Assembly (NCBI GenBank): GCA_028023455.1
Contig: JAQFVV010000003.1
Span: 5,022,001 to 5,086,000 of the forward strand
Source: Epiperipatus broadwayi
Taxonomy: Eukaryota > Animalia > Onychophora
Length of the DNA stretch: 64,000 bases
Reading direction: 5' to 3'
Below are positions 1 to 13,450 of the stretch, piece after piece. Both the position numbers and the translations under genes were made by a program. The stretch's first letter is position 1; each line of letters starts with the position of its first letter. The notes below the pieces were generated by a model, which saw only the letters and a list, made by a program, of their open reading frames with translations, had not been told where the DNA came from and did no database searches.

Positions 1-479
1 TGTTCTATTGGAATAAACTACATAAAAAAGTAAAAGAAAGCTGATTTATGTGTTTGATAATATTACTAGATATTTATTGTGTACTGCACAGGGATAGATA
101 TGTGTAAACATAAATGAATTAATTAATAAAGATTTTGACAACAGGTGCGTATGTGTATGTATGCATATACCATAAAAAATTGCCCATGAAATTAAAAGAA
201 AAAATGTTAATATACATTTTAATTATATTAAATGTGACAATTTTTGCAGAATGTTATTGATTACTTATTGTGTAATATGTGAGTAGAAATGAAATAATAA
301 ATGAGACTGTAGAGAAAGATTTAAAATTTCTGTTGATAATGAATCTAGTTTAAAATACATAGTTCATAAATTTTAAAGTATGTTTGAAATCTTTTAGGAT
401 TTACCTGTTCTGAATTGATTTATAAATAAAGTCTTTCTCAATTCCTATAGCGAATTGAATAGTAAATTAAAATCTAGTA

Positions 480-1300
480 TTAAAAGTTATGAATTAACAA
501 TATTTGAGAAATTAAAAATAAAAAAGGAAAAGTCAGCAAAGAATTTTCTTTTTTGTCTTTATTAATACAATACAATATTGTATACAAATTTGTTTCCTCC
601 ACATATTTTAGAAGAGAACAATGGAATATTTTTACTCTGGAAGTCCAACATTTTAGAATGGTCTGCATTATAGTTTGAGTGCTGGCAGGTAATGAAAAGA
701 TATGCAAGTTATCTACATTATGACTGGCAAAAGATATAACCATGGGGTAGAAAGATAACAGAGATATAAAAAAGGAATCATTCAAAATTCACACAGTATG
801 CAATTATTCTGATGTTGATTTGTACTTTATTACTATTTTTCATGAGAAAGCTACTCTGATTGCAGATGTAATTTAAAAATCATGTTGAAATAAGTGCAAG
901 AGAAGAGACTTGACTGGTAATAAAAAAATTTGCAATGCTCATGGTCAAAGGTTATTGCCTACAATAAAGTAATTTTCAATACTCAGTTCTTTCAGATATA
1001 GTAATGTTTTACTCCCATAGTGGATTATTTTCCATTTAAAGCTAGGCAAAATAGTATGCACATCAGTTAGCAGACCTGAAGTATGCATTCCAATCCAGTA
1101 AACAATGTTGAAGTTTATGGAACCAGCCCATGATATCCTCTAGCATGGCAGTAAAGGAAGGAAAATGAATTGTGCCAATAAAACCCCAAAGACCTATTTA
1201 CATTTGATTTGCTATTCATCATCATGTTGCTATAATTACCATTCAAGTAGCCAGTGTATAAGGAGAATAAAAGAAAACTATTTGAACATCTATGATTTAT
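480..1300 (-). mobile_element. Highly decayed non-LTR retrotransposon RT fragment (possibly Jockey/I/CR1-like)
   Basis: Minus-strand translation gives weak RT-like segments (GWFHKLQHCLLDWNAYFR near 1080-1130; remnants resembling PQGSxLSPxLF and AYADD near 790-900). Many stops and frameshifts; recognition is weak. Confidence 0.3.
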
Positions 1301-1320
1301 GACTTTGAATACTCAAACCT

Positions 1321-1386
1321 GTACTTACACAAAATAAGTAATGTATTCACATGAGTACTTACACAAAATAAGTAATGTATTCACAT
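1321..1386. repeat. Two-copy 34-bp tandem duplication
   Basis: GTACTTACACAAAATAAGTAATGTATTCACAT occurs at 1321 and again at 1355. Confidence 0.9.
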
Positions 1387-2918
1387 TATATTTTTAAAAA
1401 GTCATTAACATAAAAACTGAAAAATATATTAATTGTTGTGATATTCTTGATTTTATATCTACATTTGAAATCATTAGTATATAGATATAACTAACATATG
1501 TTTTACTTTGTTAATAAATTGTTAAATTATTGTTTTATCCATTTGGTGGTTTAGTAGTTCCATTCAAATATTATAACTTCAACACAAATATGATAGTTCA
1601 TAAATCATCCACAACTCTTAGATAACATGCTAATCACTGATCAATATGGTGGGATGTCACAGTAATAACTTGCATTGATGATGGGTATCATTTTATTAGT
1701 ATTGTAAGTACACTCTTTTTGAGGAGGTTTGGTAACTGGAGTTTTTTTTATTGAAACCTAAAACAAAATACTATTAGGAGTACTTGTGATTATAAATCCT
1801 AATCATCACAATTGGTTAGTATTATAAAAATTTGGAATTTTACTAATTATTCAATTTATTTACATATACATCTATAAAATCTCATAATATATCATATATA
1901 TTTTGTTTATCTTTGGCTATGGATTCAAACCTGTACTATTGCAGAAGTTACCATTACAATATATAATATGAATTAGTTCTTAATAAGCATTTAAAAAATT
2001 GATTAATGCAGTGTAAATATTTTATTATTGAATGAAAACAAAATAGGTTATTTTTGTTAATAGAAAACATACACAAGTTACTTATGAGAGGTTGGATTTT
2101 TAAAACATGCATTTTATCAAGTTGTTGTTAATGGAATTAAATAGCAGTTTTTTAAAAAGATATTGCACACATTTCATTAACTTGACATTATTGTAACATA
2201 TATACAATTTCACTTGTAATTGCTCGATTGGGAAAGTGCCTACAAAATTCTTTATCTATTCTAGTAAAAGAAACCAATTGTTTGAGTTTTTTATTTTACT
2301 TATTATAATTTATCATTAAACAAAAGATTAGTGCAAGGTGTAGCATAATGACTTCTAAAAATTTATCAAATAAACAATGTAAGTGTGAAATTTTTTTAAA
2401 AGTAAATGTCAACTAATTGACCACTAAATTCAGAGTTTTAACAATAAATAACAAATAGAAAAAACTGGATTACATTTATGTTACAACTTTTAGACTGCAT
2501 AGGAGTCCTTATATCCAATTAATCAATCTTGCTATAACAGTCCAATAAACACCTAAGTGTTTTGATCTTTAGATTTCCAGTTGGTCCCATATCTGATTGG
2601 CTAACCAGTGCTGGAAGTTTATAAAATAAATTATTTCACATTACATAAGTTTAAAAAAAAGTACATTCTCACAAAAATGTGCAACATTGGTTTAAAAACA
2701 TTTAGCATAATACCATATCTTATAAGAGGAGATGGGGGCTCATGCAAAATTAAAAGTTAAAAAAAAAACATTTAAAAGGCAAGGCTATATTTAAAATAAA
2801 ATTCTGAAAATAAAAAAGTTTAAATTAAAAAAAAAACATTCTTTATTTGGCTTTTCCCCCTTGTTCTTTTGATTTTTTAATTAATAGTTAACCAATTTTA
2901 TATATGGTTCATCTAGAC

Positions 2919-3309
2919 CAGTAGTGTACAACCTGTAGGTTGCAAGTGCTTGAAAATTGTTTGGGATCATGAAATTTTTGAGAAATTCTTTTAAGTTATG
3001 GATAATGATAAGTTGTTTGTTTCTTTAAAGAATTAAATTTTTAAAAATAAATTAAAATTACATGAAAACAAATTATTTTTATATGTATCAATTCTTTTTG
3101 TAAGTATATGATTTAATTCAAAAATTTCATTTCAAATCATATGTGATTAATACTAAAATATTATGAAATATAAATTTGTATATTATTTAAAATTACTACC
3201 CTTTTATTATGAATGCCCTTACATAATTGCACTTATATTAGGCAAAATAAAAACAAATAATAGGTAATGTCAAATTTTTGTGCAAGTGTAAAAGGATTGC
3301 ACACCACTG
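2919..3309. mobile_element. hAT-type (Charlie-like) MITE, 391 bp
   Basis: Imperfect TIRs: CAGTAGTGTACAACC at 2919 and GGATTGCACACCACTG ending at 3309. The 8-bp flanks ATCTAGAC / ACCTAGAT match at 6/8 and contain the central CTAG typical of Charlie-like target sites. No ORF. Confidence 0.75.
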
Positions 3310-3715
3310 ACCTAGATAAAACATCTTACCCAGTTTGAAAACTTTAAAAAATAAAAAAATTGAACTGCAATGAAGATTAATTAACAAAGATAGAATTAAC
3401 ATATCTAGCCATCTTATTTATTATCTTCAATGAACTTTTTTGTCTTTTAAATTAATCAATAGAATGAGGAATTAATGTTAATTCATTTATTAATTTATAT
3501 ATTTTTTCCCTATAAAACTTGAATTTTTGTCTTTATTAATTTCTTCCCTTTATATTTAAAAATATATATGTTTAATATAGTGCAATATTAATATCCTGCA
3601 TTTAATAAGATTTATATTTGTATATAGAAATAACTACGAGGCAGTAATATATTGTACCATGGTACTGATTGAATGCTATTAACATGATTCCTATTGAAAT
3701 TTGTCTACCATCGGT

Positions 3716-3835
3716 CAGTAACTTCATTTTCACATAATTTTTTTTGAAACCAATCAAACAAAAAGAATGAGAACGGCCAGTAACTTTATTTTCACATAAT
3801 TTTTTTTGAAACCAATCAAACAAAAAGAATGAGAA
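3716..3835. repeat. Two-copy ~62-bp tandem duplication
   Basis: CAGTAACTT(C/T)ATTTTCACATAATTTTTTTTGAAACCAATCAAACAAAAAGAATGAGAA starts at 3716 and at 3778. Confidence 0.9.
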
Positions 3836-4774
3836 TAATTTTAGAACTAATAATTTTTTTTGCATCTAAAATTTTACTTGTATATGTAAAAATTTTATTG
3901 GCAAAGATTAGATAATTGATATTTATTCAGAATCAAATCAAAAACAAAATTGCTCATTCCACAACCCCCACCCCCACCTCCTTCCCAAGTAATGCTTTAA
4001 TTATTTTAAATTCTTTCAATTGATCTAGTTACAAATACAACCATATCTTAAATTAAAGCAAATGTTAATATAATAAAAGAAAAACAAAATTGTAAAAGAA
4101 AAAATACTTTAATCATTATAATTTATGTTAGAAATGGGATATTTTGAATTGTAAAATCTGAATTGTTTTGTATATATTTCATTGAATAATCATTTTATTG
4201 TCGAATACTGTGGTCAGACTATCAACAGGCTCTATGGGTAGTAATTAGTGAAATGTCCTTTAGATATAATTGCTCGACCAAGAGTTACTAATGTCTTGCA
4301 AGATGGATGTTGATTCATAAAAGTCTAGATAGTGTTTTCTTTACAGACTTCTGTCTCCCTCTTTACAACTTAAGTTCTTGTAGGGCCTGATCAATGTGTT
4401 TGTGCAAAAAACTTTACATGCATAACATTTCTGACTCCAATTCTCTTTATTCTTTCTCTTTTTTTAACTCCAGCCCTCGAAAATTAAGAAAACAATGACA
4501 AAACAGCTTTTTATGGCTGGTAATTCTTGATTGTGATCTTTGCTTAAGGTAATAAATCACTAATGAATCCATTTAGAACAGATTTCACTGATTTGGAAGT
4601 TTTAGTTAGTGAAGATTGCATGTTTAGCCAGTACTGTTTAGGGATCTTCCTGCCTACTCTGGAAATGGAAGAGCCTAGAAAATGTTTAAAAATGGCCTGA
4701 CACACATAGTTTGGTTAACTTGTCACACTTGACAATTTAATAATTTCAGTGGTAGAAATATAGTGATAATATCA

Positions 4775-6218
4775 GTAGTAATTCAATAAATAGAGAAGGT
4801 CTTCTCTGCAGGAAAGATTATAAAATTATAAGTCCTTTACAGATTTACAGCTTAGTTGGCCAGTCCTATAGATATAGCACTAAGGTAGGTATATAAAAGA
4901 GAGAACTTATAGGTTAATTAATATGCAAGTTTGTAAATTTACATAGCCCACTTGTGTGGTAATGCAATGCATGAGGCTTTTTTATTTATTGCATGGGTGT
5001 TACTTGCAATAAACTATGTCACTTTGTATTTTCTTTTGATCATTGTTCTTAGTGCAAACTACTTTGACACTGAGTGGATCAAAATAATACCCTGAGTCAA
5101 TTTCATGCTTTAAAATACTAACTTTTATGTTGGGGTCTGTTTTGATAAATTTGCATATATATTTGTGCTGTGCTAATCTAATAGAATTGTTGGCATGATA
5201 CTCACTATAGATAATTGTTTTGCAAGTTGGTTTATTACAGATAATTTTATTATTTGGAGAGCCTGATCTAGAGGTAACTTGTCTTTGGTATTATTTAATA
5301 GTTGTTTGAGATGGATGGGGGGATACTGAAGCTAATATTTAATTCATTTGAGCAGACTGTCTTCAACTTTTATGATGCACCCAGTATAAAAGGAAGTCTG
5401 ATCCATGCATTAGTGTTGTAGTGGTTTGGTGTTTAGTTTGAAGTAGAATTTTTTAAAACTAGTTAAACAATTATAATCATATCTTGACTTAACTAGGTCT
5501 TTTATATAGTTTTTGATGTTATCTATCCTGTCTGCTTCAAACTTGCATAGCTTATAGCTTCTGTACAGAAAACACTTAAACCAAGGTAATTTGTGTGAGG
5601 TGGGAGTATATGAATGAGGATAAATAGCTCCATGAACATTAATGGGTTTGGTGTAGTTTATTTGAGCATTGGAGTATTGGACATACATATCCAAAAACTT
5701 CATTTTATTTGATGTGTCTTCATGCTTTGTGGTTCAGGCTAAAGAGGATAACTGATTCAGTTAATCCCATATATCAATTATAGTTTTCTCTTAAGCATAA
5801 ATCAGAACATCAATGATGTAGCATATGTCAAGTGAAACAGCTGTGGCAAAATGTTTTGGGATAACTGCCATTTCAATGTTGTTCAAATACTATGCTACAA
5901 ATCATTCCACTTAGTGATAACTCCATGGATCAGCCATGTTTCATCATGTAAAATCTTCCATTGAACAGAGCTGTGATGTCCCCATCCAACGATTTGAGAA
6001 CATCACAATAATGTTGGTTTTGTTATTTCTGATTCCTAATTTGACTAATGTGTTATGAATTGTGCTGATGGATTGTGGGCATGATAATGAGCCATAAAGC
6101 TCCACTACATCTAATGAGGTGAGCCTGTGGTGGAAGTTACACATTTGTGAATTTAGAGCTGTGCACAATCAAATGAATATTTGATAGTAAATCTACCAAA
6201 ACTTATATAATCCATCAG
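4775..6218 (-). mobile_element. Penelope-like retroelement fragment (RT + thumb + decayed GIY-YIG + 3' region); left arm of an inverted repeat
   Basis: ORF 5944-6168 has LTSLDVVELY. ORF 5410-5703 has KFLD...KP...HS..P.SHKLPWFKCFLYRSYKLC, matching the Penelope RT thumb pattern. Reverse-complement similarity to 6287-7632 along its length. Confidence 0.85.
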
Positions 6219-6286
6219 CCATTGCATAGCAGAGTCAAAAACAGATAAATTAATAGCCAAGTAACTGATAGAATCACATAGGTTTT

Positions 6287-7632
6287 AGCAGATTTGCTAC
6301 CAAATCTTCATTTGATTGCATGCATCTCTTATATTCACGAATGTCTCACCCCCACCTTAGGTCCACCTCATTAAATATAGTTGAGCTTTATGGTTCAGTG
6401 CTACACCTGCAATCCATTGACTTAATTCATGATACATTAGTCAAATCAGGCTTTGATAATAACAAAACTAACTTTATTGTTGATGCTCTCAAATGGATGA
6501 ATGGAGACATCAGGGCCCTGTTTACCAGAAGATTTTACATGATAGAACATGGATGGCTCATCGGGTTACTCCTATATGGCATGGTTTGTTGCATAGCATT
6601 AAACAAATTTGAAATGGCAATCATCCCAAGATATTTTGCCTCAATTATCTCACCTCTATAAAATACACTACATCGATGATGTGCTGATTTATGCTAAAGA
6701 GAAAACTATCAATGATATATGGGATGAGCTGAGTCACTCTAGCCATAGAGCATGAAGATACTTCAAATGGAATAAAATTATTAAATAAGGTGTAAATGAA
6801 TTACAAAATAATCATTAAACTCATCAATGTTCGTGGTGCTATTCATCTTCATTAACACCCTCCCTTCTCTTACAAATAGCTAGCTTTAAATGTTCTCTGT
6901 ATAGAAACTATAAAAAATGCAAGCTTGAGACAGACAGAAGAGATAACATTGAAAACTATATAAAAAACTTAGTCAAGTCAGGGTATGCTCTTCACTAAAC
7001 ACCTAGCTTGTGAACCATAAGAACACTAATGCAAGGACCAGTCTTTCATATATACCAGGCACATCACAAAGGTTGTAGATAATTGGCTCAAATTAATCCC
7101 ATTCAATATTGAATATCACCAAATATAAATTACCTCCAGATCAAGCTTTCCAAATAATTCAGAAAATTCTATGGTGAGACTTGTGCCAACATTGCTACTA
7201 GATTAGCAGAGTACACACACACACACACACCTACATATATATATATATATATACACACACACAAATATCAAAACAGATCCCAACATGAAATTGGTATTTT
7301 TATAGCATGAGATTGACTAGGTGCACAATTTTGATTCATTCAATATCAAAGTGGTTTGTGAAAATAGAAAATACAAAGGAATGGTTAACACAAAAAAACA
7401 CCCACCTGATAAATAAAAAAACTCATGCAATGCATTATCACACAAGTGGTATACATAATTTCACAAGCTTGCATACTAATTAACCTGAAAGTTTTCTCTT
7501 CTACATAGTTATCTTAGTGCTATGCATATGACCAGTCTGAACAAAAGCACTAATAAACTGAAAATTTGTAAAGAAGGTTTAATTTTATAATCTTTCCTGC
7601 TTAGTGAACCTTTCCTATTTATTGAATTACAA
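6287..7632 (+). mobile_element. Penelope-like retroelement fragment; right arm of the inverted repeat
   Basis: ORF 6320-6661 has TSLNIVELY; YIDD is intact at 6669-6680; a GIY-YIG-like YGETCANIATRLAE segment lies near 7170-7212. Inverted copy of 4775-6218 (e.g. AAAAAACTCATGCAATGCATTATCACACAAGTGG vs the reverse complement near 4948-4982). Confidence 0.85.
7213..7263. repeat. Compound (AC)n/(AT)n microsatellite
   Basis: ACACAC...CTACATATATAT...ACACAC, read directly; it interrupts the GIY-YIG remnant. Confidence 0.9.
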
Positions 7633-7675
7633 GCAAATAAGGAATGAAATAAAAGATAGTTTGAGTATTATAAAT

Positions 7676-8300
7676 CTAATTTTTTTTTCTAAATATAAAG
7701 ACATGGAATATACAAACTTTACTTGATATAAACTCTTCAAGGTGGAAAACTGCACTGTTTGCTAAGGAGTTGTCAAGATATAAACTCACTATGTCTACTC
7801 TTAATAAAACTTGTTTCTCAGAGGAAGGAAATTTAATAGATTTGATGGTTGGATACACATTGTTTTGGAAAAATAGGTCAGTCTGTGAAAGGAAAATGCA
7901 TGATGTTGGATTTGCTGTAAAATCTTATCTTCTATTGTTGGTAGGAATTCTTCATTGTTTTAATAAAATGTTAATTGTGTTAAACTCATTTTGAACAATG
8001 GGATTTGTGTACCTTTTTTATTGCCTATGCTTCAGCCTGAGATTTAAGAAGGAAAGCTTTTATTCATTGTTGGATAGCATTATTACAGCAATACCATTAA
8101 ACGATTGATTTTTTCTTCTAGAGACTTTATCACATATCTTAGTACTGATAATAGACTTTGGCCAAAAGTTGTTGGTATTGTAAATTCAAATGATTTGTTA
8201 TTATTGAATTTATGCACCCACATATATTGATTGTCATAAACACTTTGGTTAGGCATAAAAAGTACTATAAGAAACATGAATGCATAAATGCTCAAAACAA
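7676..8300 (-). mobile_element. Third Penelope-like RT fragment (N-terminal RT region)
   Basis: ORF 7676-7858 contains VLLRVDIVSLY, resembling the PLE SxDxxSLYT motif. Upstream minus-strand sequence has weak remnants of the ADKG / dPT region. Confidence 0.5.
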
Positions 8301-8349
8301 TAACATTTAATAGATTACATTACAGTTTGGATTAATATTACAAATGTTC

Positions 8350-10560
8350 ATAATATATGAGAACTTACATCATTAAAACAATAGTAGCATTAAAAATAAG
8401 CTATTATTCCAATCATATTCATAAGAAAATTGATGTTCATTCTTTAGAAGAATTTACTATGCATACTAAACATCAACAGCTATTAAACACTGAAATTATT
8501 TATTTGGACTTACAGAATTGTCATGATACTGAAGCATTGAATTTTTTAAAATCTATTCTTGGGTTCACTAAAAAGAAGAATCATGATCAGTTTTTTGATA
8601 TTAATCCTATTATGATTTAATTAAAAGGAAATGTCCAGTGTGTTTAGCTTGGCAGAATAATAGATTTAATGTGGAACTTCATAATGAAAATCTTAAGGCA
8701 AAAGTTCGACCAATATCAAAAAGATTTAAAACTGCAAAGAAGATTCACACATTCACAGATTGTGAGCATTGAAAGCAACATGGAACCAAAAAATGGTATC
8801 ATAATTCTATTAAATTCAATAGTGGCAGTTTCTTATATAACGGCAAATGATATTTTGAATTTGAACTTTTAACATTATATCCATTTTATTAAATTTAGAT
8901 TTGGATAAAGATATCCAGCTTAGAGAAGCCAAAGCAGCTCTTTGTAAATTTAAAAATTAAAAGGCTTCGGTCATAAAGAAATATCCAGAGAAAATTTGTA
9001 AAATATAGTAGTGGTTTGTTAGAGCTTCAAAAATATTAGAATTTTTTTTAAGTATATATAAAACCATGAAGTTGTGCCACCAGACTTGAGGATGCTTTTA
9101 TCATACCAATTTTTAAAAATAAGAGAAAAAATAAGATTGTAGTAATTATGAAAAATATTATCATTCACTATAGCAATGGTAGTTTAGTTGAATAGGTTGC
9201 TTTCAGTTATAGATGGTAACCTGAATTTGTGTGATTTTAGAAAATTAAAATGACTGTAAATATAGTTTTTATTGCTAGGCAAATTAACAAAAATATCAAG
9301 AACAAAGAAGTGATCTATATTTTACTTTTATTGATTTAGTCAAAACATTTGTTTTGATACAATTAATAGGACAGGCCTATGACATTGTTTGAAATTAGTG
9401 ATTTGTCCACCAAAATTTATTCAAATTATACAGTTTCTCCATGATGGAATGAGAGGAAAGTGTCATTACTACAGGTGGAAAATCTCAGGAATTTGAAATA
9501 AAAACTGGTGTTAAACAAAAATATGTATTTTGCTCCATCAGTGCTTTTAATTTTTTGACAAGTCTGTAAATTTTTTATAGACAGCTTAAACAAGGACCAA
9601 GATACAGTACAGGTTTGATGGTGGAATTTTTAATTAGAATCAATTAAAAGCAACAGCAAGAACAACTTCTTCATGGATTCTAGATTTACTGTATGCTAAA
9701 GATTGTGCTACTTTTTGTCAGTGCAAAAGATGATTTACAGAATATTCTTAATGCTTTGAATGCAAAAATATAATATACTTTCATGAATAAAATTTATTTA
9801 TTTTCATCTTGGATCATTATTAACTTGAGAATAAGGTGTTTAAATACCTTTGGTAGTTTTATAAGTAGAAAAGTGGCTTTAGAGATATTGAGATACAACA
9901 CAAACTTCAATGTTCTGCTGCTTTTAGCAAATAAAAATGCAGAATAAGCTGGTTATATATAAAGCTGTTGTTTTACCTAATTTATTATATGAAGTGAAAT
10001 TACTTATCAGCATAATAGAAATATTAGGAAAGTTTCATTTAGAGTTCCTACATAAAATTTTAAATATACAATGGCAAGATCATAGAGTCAATCAATATGT
10101 TCTTCATCTTGCTGAATATGGTACTATTGGGTCCATTATTGTAAAATCACAAATCTTTAAAATGAGTGAACAAAGTAAGAAGACTTCGTAAAAGGGTGTT
10201 GTATGGTGAACTTGAACATTATTTTTATGGGAGATATAGAACTTATCTACAATATAAGGATTATTTCAAAGACATGACAGAGAATGAATACATTGGAAAA
10301 CTACAGTTAGACATGATATTAAAGATTTCAAAAGAAAAATTTTTCCTGAAGAAATGAAAAGATAACATCATAAAATATCAAGTAGCATATGCTATATGTG
10401 GACATCTTTGTGATTCATAGATTGGTTTGTATATTTATCATCAAATTACTTTTATCTATAATATTTGATAAACAGAGCAAAACTCTCCATACAGTATTGC
10501 CACCTGTGCCAAACAGAGTAATCAATGGATGCTTAATCATGTGATGCTTAATCTATAATA
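8350..10560 (+). mobile_element. Decayed RTE-clade LINE (BovB/RTE-1-like RT)
   Basis: Across frameshifts the sequence reads FIDLVKTFDTINRTGL, PPKFIQIIQFLHDGMRG, EFEIKTGVKQ, LLYAKDCA (9680-9710, a YADD remnant), YKAVVLPNLLY and VLYGEL, with a terminal C-x2-C...IGL motif. 5' boundary uncertain. Confidence 0.85.
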
Positions 10561-12669
10561 TTAATAGACTTCCAGTTCTTTTGTGAAATTTTTTCAGATC
10601 ACAGCAACATATATAATACTTTTATATCATATAGTATTGTTGTTATTACCATTTTTATAGTGTAGATGTTTTGTGTAATTTTTTAAGATTAAAATTATAC
10701 TTGTTTATGTATTTTTTTTTAAAAATTTAAATTATACTTTTTTAATAGAACTTTTATTTTCCATATAAAACTATTTTACAAAATTAATGATTTTGAATTA
10801 ATACCACAGTGAAAAATAAGATTAAACAAATATATGCTTTGAATGTCAAATTGAAAATAAACAGAAGTGGCTAGGATAAATATAAAGAAAAAAAACAGTT
10901 AATATTGATCACAAATGTTTTTCAGGTTTTACTAATTGAAAAATACTACAATGATTTTTATTTAATAATGAGGCATTGATGATAATTTAGGTACTTTCAG
11001 AATTGTGTATCAAGGAATCATCTCTTATAAACAATTTTTAAAAACCAACATTCGATAATACAGAGATGATGAATAAAGATAACATATGATTGTAATAATA
11101 TCTAAATGAGAAGATTTTCTCCATTAAAATAACTGTACAAACAAACTAAGAAAAATCTAATCTGAAGAGAATAATTTTTGACAATTTTTACTCAACACAT
11201 AGTTACTTCAGAAGTACTTATTATTTTATTATATATTATGTAAACATTGCCAGAAGTTTACAAAATCTTTATATACTAAATCACAAACTAGGCAGTGTCA
11301 ATATAAATGATTTGAAGTACATGCTATCCAATAAAAAATGTAAATAAACAAAAATATAATTAAAAACTATTAAAAATTATTAATTTAATACATTTTACAA
11401 TATACGAGCAATTATTTTTACCTCTCTGAATGCTATATATAATGACATTTAAAAAAAAAATTAAAATATGTAAATAAATTTTGTAATATTTCAGCAGCCA
11501 TTTTTCTATCTTAAAACACCATATGTGATCATATTTATTAAATTTTCTTTACTTTAAATTGAAAACAAATATATTTTATTCATCCATTATTATTCGTCCT
11601 AAATTTTATAAGCAGTATTTTGCAAAATAAAATGTTTTCTAAGCATACTGCTAAAAGTTTTACAAATAGATCATTGAAAATAGAAGAATATTAGCCAAAA
11701 TATATTTAATTGTGATGAAAGTCATATATTTCATTATTCTTTTTTTGAAAAAAAAATGGTACAATATTTTTTTTTCATTGAATGATACAGCGAACACACT
11801 CAGTAAATATATGTAAATGTGGCCCTTCAATTTATTATTTTTAAAATTTTGTTTATATTATAATCTTAATTTATATATGCATATATATGTTATGACAGGC
11901 ACATTTCGTATGGTCAAGCGTAAGATGGTATTTCATAAGAAAATTGCCTAAAATACATAAAGCCATTAAAGCGTGTGTTATACCATCTATATACATTAAA
12001 ATTAAGTCAGGTTATAAAATAAGTGAGAGATGTCCGTGGAAATATCATATACTCCAATAGTTAAGGCTTATAATTTATAATTCAATGTGTTAGTATATTA
12101 GCTTTATGCTTATAATAAATTTTTATTATATCTTTATGTTCATTTTTTTAAATAAATGCAAAGATGTTTATGCGTAATCTGTATTTATATATTTTTTTGT
12201 TGTTAAATGCCTGTAAAAAGATAAGGAAATGGAAATATTTAGTATGTTCCAACAAATACGTAATGTTTAAAATCAAAAGTTTTACTAGTTATTTTTCTCT
12301 ACAAAGTCATTGTTCTAAATTTAAGAAAAGCCTAAAGGCAATTATATTTTTAGTAGATAAGTAATTTTTTTAATTTATTTTTTATCAAATATTTCAACTT
12401 GATAAAAGAGTTTGTGGAATTTTATCTTAATGCAGGTGGGCAAAGATATATAATTTAATTAAAAATATATTTTAAGTGTAATCTGATTATCAGAAAATAA
12501 CTTGTAATGTAAATTTTTTTTTCTTTTTTTTGTGTTGAATCAGATAGGGGTCATAGTAGACAATCAATTTAATTAAAAATAAAAATTCTTGAGATTAATT
12601 AGTGGATTACATAGTAATGCTTCATGCATTGTATGGATCCACTAACAAAAGTCAAAATTAGCTAATTAA

Positions 12670-13450
12670 ATGCTTTTTAGAAGGGTACCTAGATTGGGGT
12701 TGTAATGAGTGGGTTATTTAAGCTGCTCACCAGTTTGAAGGGATTCCATCAGACATAGGCAGTCAATCACTCACTCACTGAAGCAGTCAATCATTCACTC
12801 ACTCATGTTAACTTATTGGATTTATTTGAACTTGCTTGCTTAAACATAGAGTTGGAGCAGAACATATAGATGTTGACAGTCAGCCATTGAAGTTCTATAT
12901 ATTTTATACCATGCAGACAAAGAGTAAACTACAAGATGGTTTCTAACTAGCCAATTATTATTAGTGCTGCACAGACTGTGCTTACTGGAAGGTGCTGATA
13001 TTTGAAACACAAGTGTACTCATGTCAGTGAAATGGTCATGGAGTAAGAACCCCCAGTCAGCGTGCCCACCCAGCTCCACTCCTGCTGTAAGAAATGTCTC
13101 CTGAATCCAGACATCAAATGATAATGAAAGCTGCTGAACAATATCATCAGAAATGTCTTCTGAATCAAGCCATCAAATGATCATGAAAGCTGCTGAACAA
13201 TATTGTCAGAAATGTCTCCTGAATCCAGCCATCAAATGATCATGAAAGCTGCTGAACAATATCGTCAGAAATGTCTCCTGAACCCAGACATCAAATGATC
13301 ATGAAAGCTGCTGAATAATGCCATCAGAAATGTTCCTGAATCCAGCCACCAAATGATTATGAAAGCTGCTGTATGATGCTGTGTTAAAGAGAAGTCCCTG
13401 CTGTCCTGAATGAACAGATGAATAGCCTACTCAGAGCCCAGAAAAGTACA
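12670..13450. mobile_element. GC-richer insert, possibly LTR-derived, hosting a minisatellite
   Basis: Abrupt rise in GC; TATA-like TATTTAAG near 12717 followed by a 24-bp duplication (GCAGTCAATCACTCACTCA at 12759 and 12783). No TSD or second LTR found. Confidence 0.3.
13091..13371. repeat. 59-bp minisatellite, ~4.8 copies
   Basis: Units start at 13091, 13150, 13209, 13268 and 13327; consensus GAAATGTCTCCTGAATCCAGCCATCAAATGATCATGAAAGCTGCTGAACAATATCATCA. Confidence 0.95.

Noticed and set aside
4830-7570. Possible hammerhead remnants at the 3' ends of the old Penelope arms (e.g. CTGAAC...CTGAAAA near 7537-7565)
   Set aside because: Too degenerate; the helices cannot be reconstructed.
13091-13371. 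Regularly spaced repeats resembling a CRISPR array
   Set aside because: The units are contiguous near-identical 59-mers with no unique spacers, there are no cas genes, and the context is eukaryotic.
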